Made by a program: the position numbers and the translations under genes | Shown: positions 24,924 through 37,518 of the stretch, in pieces | Layout: each line of letters starts with the position of its first letter | Numbering within the stretch: position 1 is the first letter of the stretch | Notes under the pieces: model-generated | Database searches by the model: none | What the model saw: the letters and a program-made list of their open reading frames with translations, nothing else | Told to the model about the DNA's origin: nothing | Assembly (NCBI GenBank): GCA_030770535.1 | Contig: JASVEC010000028.1 | Coordinates: 62,001-126,000, forward strand | Direction of reading: 5' to 3' | DNA from: Batkoa obscura | Lineage: Eukaryota | Length of the DNA: 64,000 bases

Positions 24924-25398
24924 AAAAATAACATATTAATTAAAAAATTATTAATTGAAAAATTATTAATTAAAAAAATATAGTTTGTATAAACCGTTTT
25001 TTATTTTTATTTTTAAATAAATGTATCTATTATAGGGTTTTGGTTTTGAGTGTATTTACTTAGTTGTTTTTTAAATCATGAGTATTGTTTAATATGAAAT
25101 TTTATTGCTTTTATATCAAAAATTTTTAAAATAGAGTAAATAAATGAAAAGCAGTAAATAGAAAGCTATCATTTATGACATAATAGGAATAGTTTACAAT
25201 ATTAATATATTATAAAGCATTTATTACAATTAAAAAATACCAATATAAACTTTCACTATACTCTATCAATCTGTTTAACTAGCATAAATTCCTACCAATA
25301 AAATCCCGAAAAGCTCATAATTTATGGGATTTATCAATGTCAAGTTTTCAAAAACTTTGCGATTTCTAATCAGCTCAACATTTTTTTAAGAACCAGCA

Positions 25399-25713
25399 AT
25401 GACCAGAACGAGTTCAATAATTCAATTAAAAAAGCTAAAAGTTAAACCAAAGAAAACCACAGAACCAGCCCCATGTTTAGCCGAGATGGCAGCTTTATTA
25501 AATTGTTGGTCCAGTTTAGCCATAGAACATAATAAATGTTCCGAATCCGCAAAAAATTTGTCACTTTGTATGATGAAACCTGTAAGTTTTTATCTGTAAT
25601 AAGAGGTATAAAGTGTATTAAGTTTAAATTTTAATTTTAATTAGGTAGTAAAAACTAAAAAAGTAGACGATACTAATCACCACTTGTTTCGATTGGGCAA
25701 ACTTTTTAAGTAG
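25399..25713 (+). CDS. MRP10: Mitochondrial small-subunit ribosomal protein mS37 (Mrp10/CHCHD1)
   Basis: KLKVKPK..PCLAEMAALLNCW..CSESAKNLSLCM twin CX9C; exon 2 TNHHLFRL. Confidence 0.85.
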
Positions 25714-26340
25714 ATTAAGAAAATGGTTTAGATGGAAATTGGAAATTAATAAAATGGAAATTAAATAGAATATTATGAGCTATAAGCTACTTGTTTGATT
25801 ATTGTTGTAATATAGATAGAATTCGGAAGCTCGAATAAGCTTTTAAAAGGATTTAAACATTTATTAAAAAGGGGTAAATTTTAATTGTAATATTATATTG
25901 TTATAATTTAGGCTTCATGAAATTTGATTTGATCATTTAAAATTAAATGTGTATGTGTTGATTTTAAGCAAAATAAGTCATATCTTAACAAGTTTGATTA
26001 TTTATCATTTTATAGTTACTTAATAAATATATGTATTAAAACAAATAGAATAATCAATTTGTACCAAATGATAACTATATGATATATACTGGCGTAGAAT
26101 TAAATTTTTATTGACAACTATATATCAAAAAGCATAATTACCTTTAGAAACTTTCATTAATTTAATACTAATTCAATATCCTCAAATGTTTAATTTTTTT
26201 AGTTATAGTCCAAACAACGGCACTTGACCCTGTTATTTAATAAATTATAAATAATAGGGATAATAATAAAATTGAAATTATATTCATTTCAAATGATGAT
26301 AACTGCACTTTCTATATTAGAAATTAAGATAAAATATGTT

Positions 26341-26394
26341 TTTATCCTAAATATCCTAAATATCCTAAATATTAAAATATTAAAATATTAAAAA
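26341..26394. repeat. Short tandem repeats (TATCCTAAA)x3 + (TATTAAAA)x3
   Basis: Seen directly. Confidence 0.7.
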
Positions 26395-26656
26395 CCTGGT
26401 TGCTGTACTTTGCTAATTGAAAATTCCGATCTACCCGAGTATGTTTTATCGAAAATCACTAGCAAATAAAGAAGTAAACATCAGATATGCTTTAGTGCTA
26501 TGCTCTAAATTATAAACAATATATTTAAAATTCCATCTAGCAATATTGGGAAAAACACTGTTAACGTTTTAAGTAAATGAATTGCTGTATCCAGTAATAG
26601 CAGATTCAATTTATATTAAAAAAATACTTTCTATATTTAAAACTAGTTTAATTAAT

Positions 26657-26755
26657 GGGGATGTATTTTTGTGTTTAAGAATTTTACTAACAATCTTTCC
26701 GCTCAAATAGCGCTTAAAAGATAGAAAAAATAATGAAGTCAAAAAAGACACCCCC
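26657..26755 (+). mobile_element. MITE copy 5, TSD TAAT
   Basis: Family consensus; TAAT on both flanks. Confidence 0.85.
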
Positions 26756-27335
26756 TAATACTGAAGTAAAGTCATGTATATGCTTAACATTTGTGTTATG
26801 AACAAGAAAAATATTAAACACTATTTGAAAAATTAATATTAAAACAAAATATAAATTTTTTATCTTAATTTAATATAGGGCATAAAAAGATAAAGACACA
26901 TCAAATAATCTATTTTATTAGTACAAGGATTAATAAAACTAATAATGAATTAAATACTTGATTAATATGTATACTCTATTATTTTGTCTTATTATTTTAA
27001 ATAAAAACCTATGAATTTATTTGTACCTCAATAACCTTTACATAATTTGATTTTAATATTATATTGAAACCCCAGTAATAATCAAATGAAAATGTTGTTA
27101 ATTTACAAATACTTGATATCGTTAAAATATTAAATAATATGTATTATCATCGTTTTTAATTAAAAGTACAAATTTAATTAAAATAGCATGAATAAGAAAT
27201 ATTCTTTATTTCATTTTTATTTACCTTATTAGACATCTATGTAAAATATAAATTAAATTCTAACTTTATACTCATATAATGATTAAAAGCTGTTTTATTC
27301 AGAGTAATAAGCATTATCACTAAAAAAAACCATAT

Positions 27336-27433
27336 GGGAATGTATTTTTTTGTTTGAGAATTTTACTGATAACCTTTTCACACAAATAGCGATCAAAAAA
27401 TGGAAAAAGTGATGAAACCAAAAAAAACCCCCC
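27336..27433 (+). mobile_element. MITE copy 6, TSD ATAT
   Basis: Family consensus; ATAT on both flanks. Confidence 0.85.
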
Positions 27434-28682
27434 ATATAATATATTACAGTTTTACATTTGATCAAGTTCTAAAGCTTTCTTTAGTTCTTAATGGGTTCTA
27501 TTTTTTTACATATTAATGCTATTAATTAATCATATAGTCAGTGGTATTAGTTACCACCGTTTTTGTAATGTGACTGTATATTATTATGTATTCTTAAGGT
27601 AGTTTTAGGGCAGGGTAGGAATTGAGGAATGACTTAATAGCAAAAATCATCTTATTTTTATAGAGACTATTGAATTAATGTTCTATTAATTGATTACTAG
27701 CCGAGCTTTATGATTTAATAAGGATCTATAGAATAAAATACAAAAGTATTTTGAACTTCTTTGATTTATATTACGATAAACAAATGTAATATATAGAAAC
27801 AATATAACACTTGAAAACAACCTTACCTTGTATTAAAATGAGTTAATTTTAATAGTTGTCTTTTTGTGGTGATCTAATTAGTGAATAAATGGTTAATATT
27901 TTTTCTGTGCTTTAATTTTGTGTCTTAAGAATGTTGTTACCTAAATTAAGCTTATTATTTAGCATTTGTATAATAACAATTTGATGTCTTAATCGTTCAA
28001 GATATAAAAACAAATGAAAGTATGAAATAGTAGGTAAAATAATCTTTTCAATAGATTATGAATTATATAAACATGAACTATTAAATAGTTCCAAAGGTGA
28101 TATAAGCTTATCAAAAGTGAATATTTTAATTTATTGTTAAATTACTACCTTTGTTAATTATAATCAAAAATGATGATTAATTTAATAAATTATTTAAAGG
28201 CTAATTTTACTATTTTACATAATACTAGAACTGCCCAAAAGGATATTTTTTAATAGCCCAAATTTGATAAATAACAAGCTAAAATATTTGCCATGGGTTA
28301 GTTTTGAGCAATAATTTGAATTTGATATGATATTTCAACCAATAATGATTCCTGTTTTTCTATTTTGACCCTTGAAGATACCATAAATTAAGCATTTTAA
28401 TTTATTAATGGTACTTTAAAAGCAATTTATTAATCGTAACTATTACCAAATTGAAAATAACGAATAATATATTGACTACTAATAAAATACTTTGCTATGA
28501 TTGACTATAGTTGGTGCTAGTAACTTGATCTTGTATAATAATATTTCTAAATATAAATCAAATGAATAAAACTAATTGATTAAAAAGCTTGATGGTATTC
28601 ATCCTAATAGTAATACTATTACTACAAAATGAATTAATCATTTTTTCTTCTTTTAATTTTGTTTTCTTTTTAATATTCCATC

Positions 28683-30005
28683 ATGATGTTATTTAATAAG
28701 GATATTGAAAAGACGTCTGAGTTTAATCAGTTTAAAAATTTTTTAAGGATGCCTATTACTTCCAATTTTGTAGATACCCTAGCTAATAAAGCTGTTCTTG
28801 CTATAAGGAACCCAATCCTCTCCAACTATGACTCACCGCCTTCAACCCCTTTTGATTCTTTATCGTTGAGTGGGGACCATCAAATACACAACTTTATATC
28901 AAATTTAATTAACGGTTCAAGAGTACAAGCGTCCACTTTATTCGGTGCTATGGTTTATCTTGAACGTTTGAAATGTGCTGTACCTGCCATTAGTTTTACG
29001 CGACCAGACGCACCTCAAGCAGCTTTGTTAGCTAGCTTATTATTAGCAGGTAAATTTCTTAATGATGCGTCTCCTAAAAACAAGCATTGGGCAACTTATG
29101 CAAAAATATTTTCTTTGACCGAAATCAATGCGTTTGAAAAGCAATTCTTTTACTATTTGAATTATGATTTAAACATTACTATTATTGAACTTTTGTTTCA
29201 ATTTCGTTCTTTTGCTCATCTACCTTCGACTAATTCTCAGTCTGCTATCTTATCACCACTACCTTCTAATTTCCCCTCTACTCCGAAATCGGCTGTGTTT
29301 CCACCCATGTGTTGCACTCCAACCAACTCAAGGTTTCCAAATGAAATTACAGGGTCGCCCATCTCACATGAGATGCGCAGTTTGAGGAAAAAAGGTTCAA
29401 ATTTACAGCTATCCCCAGTTGTCCTGCCAAGTAATACCCCAGGAAACGCGCCATTCACACTTCCCTCGATCAATCAAATTGCTTCAAATGGGGGTATGAA
29501 TTCCGGAACTAAAATACGGGAACTATCAAACTCGAATTCAACGCTTTATAGGCGAAGAACGAATAAAAGGGAACCACGTAAAAAGAGTTCTCAATTATCT
29601 CTTAATGTTTCTTCAGAAGATAGAAATCAAACGCTCAATCACAATCAAAATCATAATATTTCCAATCATAATAATAACAATAGTTTTACGGTAAATAGTC
29701 ATCAACATACCATCAACACCTCAATTCCTTTTATACCTTCAAATGTAGAGGGCCCATTATCGGCTCCATTATCAATGCCTAAAGGGAAAGAGTTACCATT
29801 GAGAGCTCAGTTTACTTTGCGCTCAAATGTACCCAATGAATCATGCAATTTTTTACCAACTCCAACTACGGCTGTGCCATTAGCAGTAAATAATTCAATA
29901 CCTAATATGGATCTTAGTTTAAAACTACCACCCATCCAGTACCCCAGCTTTGAGGATAGAAAGGAAATGTTACCTTCCATTAGATTTAAGGCGAATTATA
30001 GTTAA
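28683..30005 (+). CDS. Pho85-type (Pcl1/Pcl2-like) cyclin
   Basis: FISNLINGSRVQASTLFGAMVYLERLK, LLASLLLAGKFLNDASPKNKHWA, FSLTEINAFEKQFFYYLNYDL; low-complexity tail. Confidence 0.9.
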   Translation: MMLFNKDIEKTSEFNQFKNFLRMPITSNFVDTLANKAVLAIRNPILSNYDSPPSTPFDSLSLSGDHQIHNFISNLINGSRVQASTLFGAMVYLERLKCAVPAISFTRPDAPQAALLASLLLAGKFLNDASPKNKHWATYAKIFSLTEINAFEKQFFYYLNYDLNITIIELLFQFRSFAHLPSTNSQSAILSPLPSNFPSTPKSAVFPPMCCTPTNSRFPNEITGSPISHEMRSLRKKGSNLQLSPVVLPSNTPGNAPFTLPSINQIASNGGMNSGTKIRELSNSNSTLYRRRTNKREPRKKSSQLSLNVSSEDRNQTLNHNQNHNISNHNNNNSFTVNSHQHTINTSIPFIPSNVEGPLSAPLSMPKGKELPLRAQFTLRSNVPNESCNFLPTPTTAVPLAVNNSIPNMDLSLKLPPIQYPSFEDRKEMLPSIRFKANYS

Positions 30006-30337
30006 GTATTTATTTGATATAGTAGAGTTAAGGTTGAGAGTTAAGTGGGAATTATATATATATAAATTTAATCTTTAAAAAAAAGGACAATAAAATAAAG
30101 TTTGACTATAGTTTTACATCTTGGTTTTTTTTACTTTATAATGTTAATGTTAATAATATTGATATAAATTAATATTTGTTCAATATTTCATATATTGTAA
30201 ATTTTAAATATAAAATAAGGGAGACTTAGTATAAGAAATTTAATTGGTTGATCAATTCACTTATTTGTTGTATGGAATTAAAGTATATTAAGTTATTGAT
30301 AATTAAATTTAATTAAACAAGATATGTCTTTGAGTGT

Positions 30338-30375
30338 TATTGTTATTTGTTATTTGTTATTTGTTATTTGTTATT
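30338..30375. repeat. (TTATTTG)n minisatellite
   Basis: Seen directly. Confidence 0.7.
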
Positions 30376-30509
30376 TTACTATGGAGCTTGAATTCAAATA
30401 CGATTTTTTTTGCTAAACAAAGTTAACATTTGAAAGAATGACGTAAACTTTAAGAATATTTTTTGTTTTTATTTTTCTTGTTTTTACTTTTATTTCAATA
30501 AATAATAAA

Positions 30510-31220
30510 ATGATAAGTCAACTTATGAATCGGCTAGTATTATACAATAATCCACAGCTTGAAAGACAGTTAAAGAACTCAATAAAACTAAGTGAATTAT
30601 CTAAAGATAAAATAGAGATCATTGAAAAATTACTTGAGGTAAAGCATACTCAATTTTTTTTATAAAGAAATTGACATTTGTTCACAAGCTATACCAATGT
30701 CGTCCTAAAAATGAATATTTTGATATGTATGATGATGAAGCAATGTAGTTTGACTATTTTTACCTCAAGTATGTATTGACTTATTATTTTAAGTTTTGAA
30801 GACCCTATATGTAACGCTTCTAATAAGAAAGAGCTCTTGGTACAGTTTAGTATGATGCCAAAGGTATTCCCAAGATCTGAAACCACACAGATGAATGTTT
30901 TAAGTGCTACTGATAATGAGTTGGTGCTTGACTTAAATCAAACCTATTATTTGGCTCCTTTTTATATACCCATCCCTGTAAGGTCTCAAGTTAGAGTACT
31001 GTTGAATAATAAAGGTAAGATTGTTTATCATGGGGATTATTGGTATCACTCTACTTTGTTTGATAAATTTCATGGTCTTATTGGTTTCACTTGGAGCGTG
31101 AGTTTTGTATTTCATTCACAATTTTACTTATATAACTTCATTTTTTAGTCCTTCCGTCGATTAAATGCTACTTCTCTACCTTACATTGCTCCGTTAGTGA
31201 TCAAGTTACCAAAGGATTAA
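30510..31220 (+). CDS. Uncharacterised NTF2/SnoaL-like protein (multi-exon)
   Basis: IFDMYDDEAI/FEDPICNA, QFSMMPKVF, GKIVYHGDYW, FRRLN; GT-AG introns. Confidence 0.6.
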
Positions 31221-31435
31221 GTTATACAATTAAATTGTTATTTATTGCTTAGTAACATTTAACAAATTACTATATAATATAAATGATAATAATTTTGCAT
31301 TTGATTTTATGTTTTTTAAAGGGGTATAATAATTAATAACGATAAAATTGTTAATTTTAGTTTATTAGTAAATAAACAATAATATAAATTGAAGATTAAA
31401 GTATGAGGGGAAGAAAGAAAAATGAATTTTACTTA

Positions 31436-33017
31436 TTAATTGGAATGAATATTAGCTTCTTCTCCATTAACAAACACTCTTTGAATTTCTAATTTATCAT
31501 TTAAAAATAAGATATCCGCATCACAACCAAAGTTAAGTGAGCCTTTCTTATCAGTTATTTTCATTGCTTCTGCTGGATGTAAAGTAGCGGCTTCAATTGC
31601 TTCTACAATCGAACATCCTGTAAACTTTTGGAAGTTTCTTACACAGTCATCCATTTTTATTACACTGTTAAAATAATAAATACAAGAATTATTGTTATCA
31701 TATATATTTACCTTCCAGCCAATGTTTTAGTTCCTGCGATGTACACTCCTTCCGAGTTAACTTCAACGTTCATATTCCCCAATATATAATTACCCTCAGG
31801 TAAGCCCATAGCTGCCATAGCATCAGTAACTAATACAGCCCCTTTTGGATGAGAATAGTAGGCAATCTTTATTGAGTTTGGATGTACATGGATTCCATCA
31901 CAAATAATACCATAATACGGGCGTTCTACTACCGAGGAACCTAATAACCCAATCATACCTGGATCACGATGGTGGAATTGTTGCATGGCATTAAACATAT
32001 GAGTTACCATCGTAGCCTATAAACAGAATTAGTATTTAATAAACCAATAAAAATAAAGCTACTTACACCTTGTTTAACAGCATTTTCCGATTGACTGGTA
32101 GTAGCGGCTGAATGACCTAATAATTGAATTAATAAAATTATGATCATACTGTTATATTCATTTCTTACCAATAGCAACGATAGGTACTCTTTTAGCAAGT
32201 TCAGGTATAACTTCCATAACACCATCAACATCTGGTGCCATAGTGACAATAGCTACGGATCTATCATCATGTTTATTTAAGCCATACAACCCGTTTAAAG
32301 CATCGATGCCATCATTAGCATCTTGTAAAGTAGCTACCTCATGAGCACCGTATTTATCTCCACTTATAAATGGACCTTCAAGATGGGCACCTATAATAAA
32401 CAAAATTAATATAAATATTATGATTTCATAGTGATAATAGAATATAAATTTTAACTAAATTAATATTTACCCAAAATTTCAGCACCATCTTTTGCACTTC
32501 CTTTCCTTGGGACAGTATGTGGTAATACCTTAACAAAAAAATTAGCAAAAGTTATTATAAAGTACATAAATAAAACTTGCTTTTTCATAAACATCTGCAC
32601 GCGAACTAACAATAGTTGGGCAATAAGCAGTGACACCCTGCTTCAACAATCCTAACGAAACCTTATGTAAACCTTCTTTTAAATTTCCGCAGTCACCAGT
32701 AAAATCAACACCAAAAGCGCCTAAAATATTAAAATTAGCCTACTTCAATCTTCACTTCAAAAAAACTAACCATTTAACTGTAGCTCAATATAACCGGGTA
32801 CGATCAAAGCACCCTTAGCATCGATAAGATAATCAGGATTCTTTTGTTCATCCCAAAACAGTAAGGTTGGGTCTAAAATTTTGCCATTTCTTAACCATAA
32901 ATAATCATCCTCAATGATCTTGTGATCCCTCAATATACGACCATTATAGATCTTTATGATCTTGTCTTGCATGTCCCCAGTTGGACTATTGTTCAATTCC
33001 ATGGCTGGTCGTGTCAT
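31436..33017 (-). CDS. DAC1: N-acetylglucosamine-6-phosphate deacetylase (multi-exon)
   Basis: PGYIELQLNG, GAHLEGPF, GHSAA, THMFNAM, HHRDPG, DGIHVHP, VTDAM, TLAGS, ATLHPA. Confidence 0.95.
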
Positions 33018-34932
33018 TGTTGTTTTATAACTAGTTATAACAAGATGATTAGTATTGGTTAATTATTAGGGTCATAGATGTGTAGTTATTCTGGCCAACG
33101 TCATTTATAATGTAAACGTTTAGTTGACTAAAGCTTAAGGAAATTGAACTTACCTTTTAAAAATGTGTAATAAAAAAAGAAGAAATAAAAAGCTTTTATA
33201 AAACTTCGATGAGTATTTAAATAAATGTGATTTAAGTTTTACTTCTCAGCCATTTATTTCATTGGTCTGTAATGAATTAAATGGTTTTCGAGGTTAAATT
33301 TTGTTAAGATTTAAAAATAACATATTACTATATAAGGTCACTCATCTGCTCCCTTTTCTCAGTTCCCTCATCGATTTCTCCCTTCTCTTAAGGTTTCTCC
33401 TGATTTATATTTCAAGTATTTTGGCTAATTTGAAGATATGATTTATATACTTTATATTACATATATATTATTATTAATATTCTACTATAATTATATTGAA
33501 TTGAATAAATAGCCAATATCCTATTTGATATATTAAATACTATTAGTTATAGTTTAAACGTATTTGTTTATCATTAACTATCCTTAATTTTAATTTTTTA
33601 GTTTTAAGAACAAGTTTAAAAAATAAACTAATCTCAATTAATAAGCGATACTGGGCACAAAGGTAATAATTCATTTTTATTATTTCATTATTATAAATCG
33701 AATTCGTTGTAAAATAAAATTTGTTTTTTATTTATAAAACATTTATAAATCAACACATACCCCAATAGTATATTGTAATAATTATCTCCTATTATAATAA
33801 GTATTATGTTCTTTTTATTAATAATCGTGTCTTATTTTTATTACTATATATAAATTATCTCCCTTATTTCATTTTACATACAACGAGCTGTTTATCTGAT
33901 GATTCTCAACGATAAATTACTCTATCAGCTGACCAGGGAAATGATTACATGTTCAAATAAAAAATTTATTTTTAACTTCATGATGATAATATGACACTGA
34001 AGCGTAAATCTTCTATTTAGTAAAAAAAGGAAAAATAATGATAGTAGTTTGTAGTATATATGCTACTATTAGTTAGTAAATAGCGTATATAGTAATAATA
34101 GCAATATTGTTAAGTTGTTCAAGCATTGTTTTTTAAGAAATAACTTCATTTTTTATTTATTTATTTATTCTTTAAATTGTTAGAAATCTGCACCTTATTT
34201 TTATAAATTTAGTAATATGGTCTTTTTTGATCCAAATATTCGAAATATAGCTTCAAATAACCCTTACTTTTATATTGAGAATTACAATACCAGTTTATAG
34301 ACTCGCTATAGCGTTATACATCTATTTATGAGTATTACAATTATGATAGCTTATCAAGCTTTATAACATCTGTTGAAGTTTTATATTTGGTGATAAGATC
34401 AAAACGAACTATTTTAATTAAAATGTAAAGTTAGAAAATACTAAAAGTAAACAATAACAGTGAGTGGATTTAAATAAAGTAAAAATGTTTAAATTTTTTA
34501 TAGAGTTCTATTATACTATTACTTATACACAATATCCTTATGTTTTTGTATTTTCGAACATTTATCAGACCAAAAGGCTGTGGTGACATTTTATGCAAAA
34601 GAAAGAAGGAAGCCACTTATAATATCGAAGGATTGTTATGATAGAAACTTCAATGCTCAAATTATTATGCTATTATTCTGATTGCAATTTAAACTAAAAC
34701 TTTTTCAAATCCTTACTACTAATAGCACTTTTCAGAAAATTTTTGACATTTTAAAATATTCAGACTATCTTTTTTGCAATCTTAAAATTTGCTCATTAGC
34801 ATCGCAGATAAAGATTAATTTATCTTAAAAACGTATTCATGAAGCAACTGTCAATCGCAAGCTAAGGAAACTAAGATCAAAGAGTAACAAACAATTTTGA
34901 TACAAAAAAAGTTATTTTTGTAGCAAAACGAG

Positions 34933-36854
34933 ATGGTTGAAAATGAATTTGAATTATTCAAGGAGTCAGAATCATATTTTAATACTAGTATTTGTAAAAA
35001 TTACTTGTTTTATCTAAGGAGGAATCCAGGAGTATGGTCTCAAAATATTCAAGAAATTTGCAAGTCTACAATCTATTTTAAGGCCTATAAAAGTGGCATG
35101 TATAGTTATAAAAGGAGTCTTTTAAGTATGTTAATAAGCAATGAGTTGGAACGTGATTCCTTTAGTTTTAATGTTATAGTCACACACTGGTAAACTTAAT
35201 ATTTAGATATAATTTCATATAATTATTACTTAAGTGGAGGTTCAATGAAAAGAAATGAGAATTTGGAAAAAATCATACTGTATAAATATCAAGATGACGA
35301 GAATAGATTAGTTAGATCTTTCGATCATAATTTCAGGAATAAAATACCATTAGTAGTGTTACTAAGGCCTAAAAATGATACAACTCCCTTTAGAGGTTTA
35401 TTCAATTATTCAATCCTAGGTTGTTATTTAATAACACATGTGTGGGTAATAACAAGGAGATTTCAAGTAAGCTACATAATAATAAAAACTATTAGGATGA
35501 ATAAGAGGGATGAATTTTCAAAAATATTATTTTGTTGGAAAAAAGGTAAGGCTAGAAAGGATAAAAAGTCAAAGCTATGATAAATGGTGGAGAGTTGGTC
35601 AATATTCGTTAGATTACAAACATATGTACTCAATTTTGTACAAACATTGCTTCTCATATAAAAAAGAGTACCTTGTTATTTGTAAAGAAGGATTTTTTTT
35701 GCTTTAACAAATCATGTCTATTTTTTTATAATGTACTTCCTATATTCAAATTCATCCTATTTAACTCTAAACTTATCCTTAGCTTTATTATGATAATTAT
35801 TATATGAATGTTCATAATACAAACATTAGGCTTATCACTTTACCCTGCATTTTAATGCCTTCTCAATTGATGATAGCACTGACACACATCTTTTAATTCC
35901 TCTTTACCCTCAACTTAACTCCAAAAATATTAAAGAAATGGCTTTTATGGACACTTATCATTGAGATGGTGTATACTGTTTAAAATACGGTATATTAAGT
36001 TTAAGAGATGAATGGCGTCGATGGACTTGTAAACATTGCAAAGTAAATTTATCTAATATTCTATAATACTAATATTTTCAATAAAATTGTGTGACATTTG
36101 ATTTCAGACCAAAATCATTGTCTGAACTTTCTATATAATCTTTAGCTACGAGAGGATATGGTACTTTAAACTTAATCAAAGAAGATTTTATGTCTGATTA
36201 TAGCATTAAACGGGTATATTCATTACTGTCTTTAAATCATGAAGAAGAGGATCGTATTATAGAACATTATATATGTGACTATAAATGGTTTGAGAGGTAT
36301 GATATTTATTTCATGAAGCTACAAGAAGGATTAATATCATTTAAACGAACAACATATAAAGCAGAAAAGGATAATACAAACATTATTATTATTAATAAGA
36401 TAATATTTGATAGGGTTATTGAATGTCTCAGTTTGTCGACAGTTTCAATATCATTTTGGTAAATATTATGAATATAAAGCCAATATAGAAACCATCCCGG
36501 TGAATCAAGTGCCAAAATATAGAATATCAATTTATGAAGTTTTGTGCTAAATTAAATTATCAATTCAATCAATCTTCAGTTTTATTATATATGTATGGAC
36601 AAACTATGAGATGGCATTCTGATAAAGAGTATACTTTAGATGATAAAATAGCTCCCTTGTCATTTGCAAGTCTAGTTATTATGTAATTTTAGTTAAACAA
36701 AAGCTTGGTAAAAAAGAAAGGCGGTGGAATTAAGTGCCAACAGTTTGATATCCAACTTCTACACGCGGATGTATTGGTCGTGTATGGTAGAAAGCTTTAA
36801 TACCAATATCAATATAAAATAGACCCCGCTGGGTTTAGGATGGGCAAACCATAG
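34933..36854 (+). pseudogene. Decayed fungal SRA-like + Cys-rich + AlkB-type 2OG-Fe(II) dioxygenase gene
   Basis: PGVWSQNIQEICKSTIYFKAYKSGMY...ERD...IVTH/GG; IPLVVL..YSILGCYLITHVW; H*DGVYCLKYGILSLRDEWRRWTCKHC; C-terminal QFNQSSVLLYMYGQTMRWHSDKEYTL..IAPLSFAS..LLHADVLVVYG..DPAGFRM. Many stops; putative introns remain. Confidence 0.7.
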
Positions 36855-37518
36855 TTTTGACATTTGGCTATTTATCTAACTATTATATAAGCCTAAGTTT
36901 TTAGAGACATAAAAACATAAGTTTGGTGTAAAAGTTGAAAATTCTATAAGTTTTGTTATAGCGAGTATTTTGACCTATCTTATGTCGTAAAGATACCTTT
37001 TAATACTCACTTGTTTTGGTTTTTGATTATGTTATTGGAGTTCAAGCTATTGAGTATCTTAAGCTTATCAAAATAAAGTTGTTATTTAACTTTATACACC
37101 CTTATTTAAACTTTATTTAGACTTTGTTTAAACTTATCAAATAACTTAAATTAAAGCAGAACGAAAATAATCACAATAGGTCTCAATATACTTATATTTT
37201 TATTTCGTATATCTAATGAAGTGATATGGGATAAGCTAATAAGTGTGGCTTATTTAATCTACCTTTCTTTATGTTATAAATAATAGTTTTAAAAGCACTA
37301 ATAAAACAACGGTGTATTTAAAGAACAAAGTTATTACCATATAGAAGCGAGCCAATCAAAACAAAAGGAACAGGTGAATTCTAAAGATAGCAAATCTTCA
37401 GCAAGTAATTGTTGATTTACTCCAACAAATTAAGAAACTAAAAAGATTTTCTTAACTGAAATTAGTTAATAATCAGAAACACTTTTTATTTTATAATTAA
37501 TATTTTCTAACCTTCAAG

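Noticed and set aside
27532..27580. Small branched hairpin (ATATAGTCA/TGACTGTAT, GTGGTA/TACCAC)
   Set aside because: Single occurrence, short stems and no family features; could be chance.
33885..34005. CTGATGA / ATGATGA...CTGA suggesting a hammerhead ribozyme or C/D snoRNA
   Set aside because: No GAAA core with a proper stem II; C and D boxes are too close and there is no convincing terminal stem.
36720..36860. GC-richer patch resembling a structured ncRNA
   Set aside because: Explained as the C-terminal coding remnant of the AlkB pseudogene.
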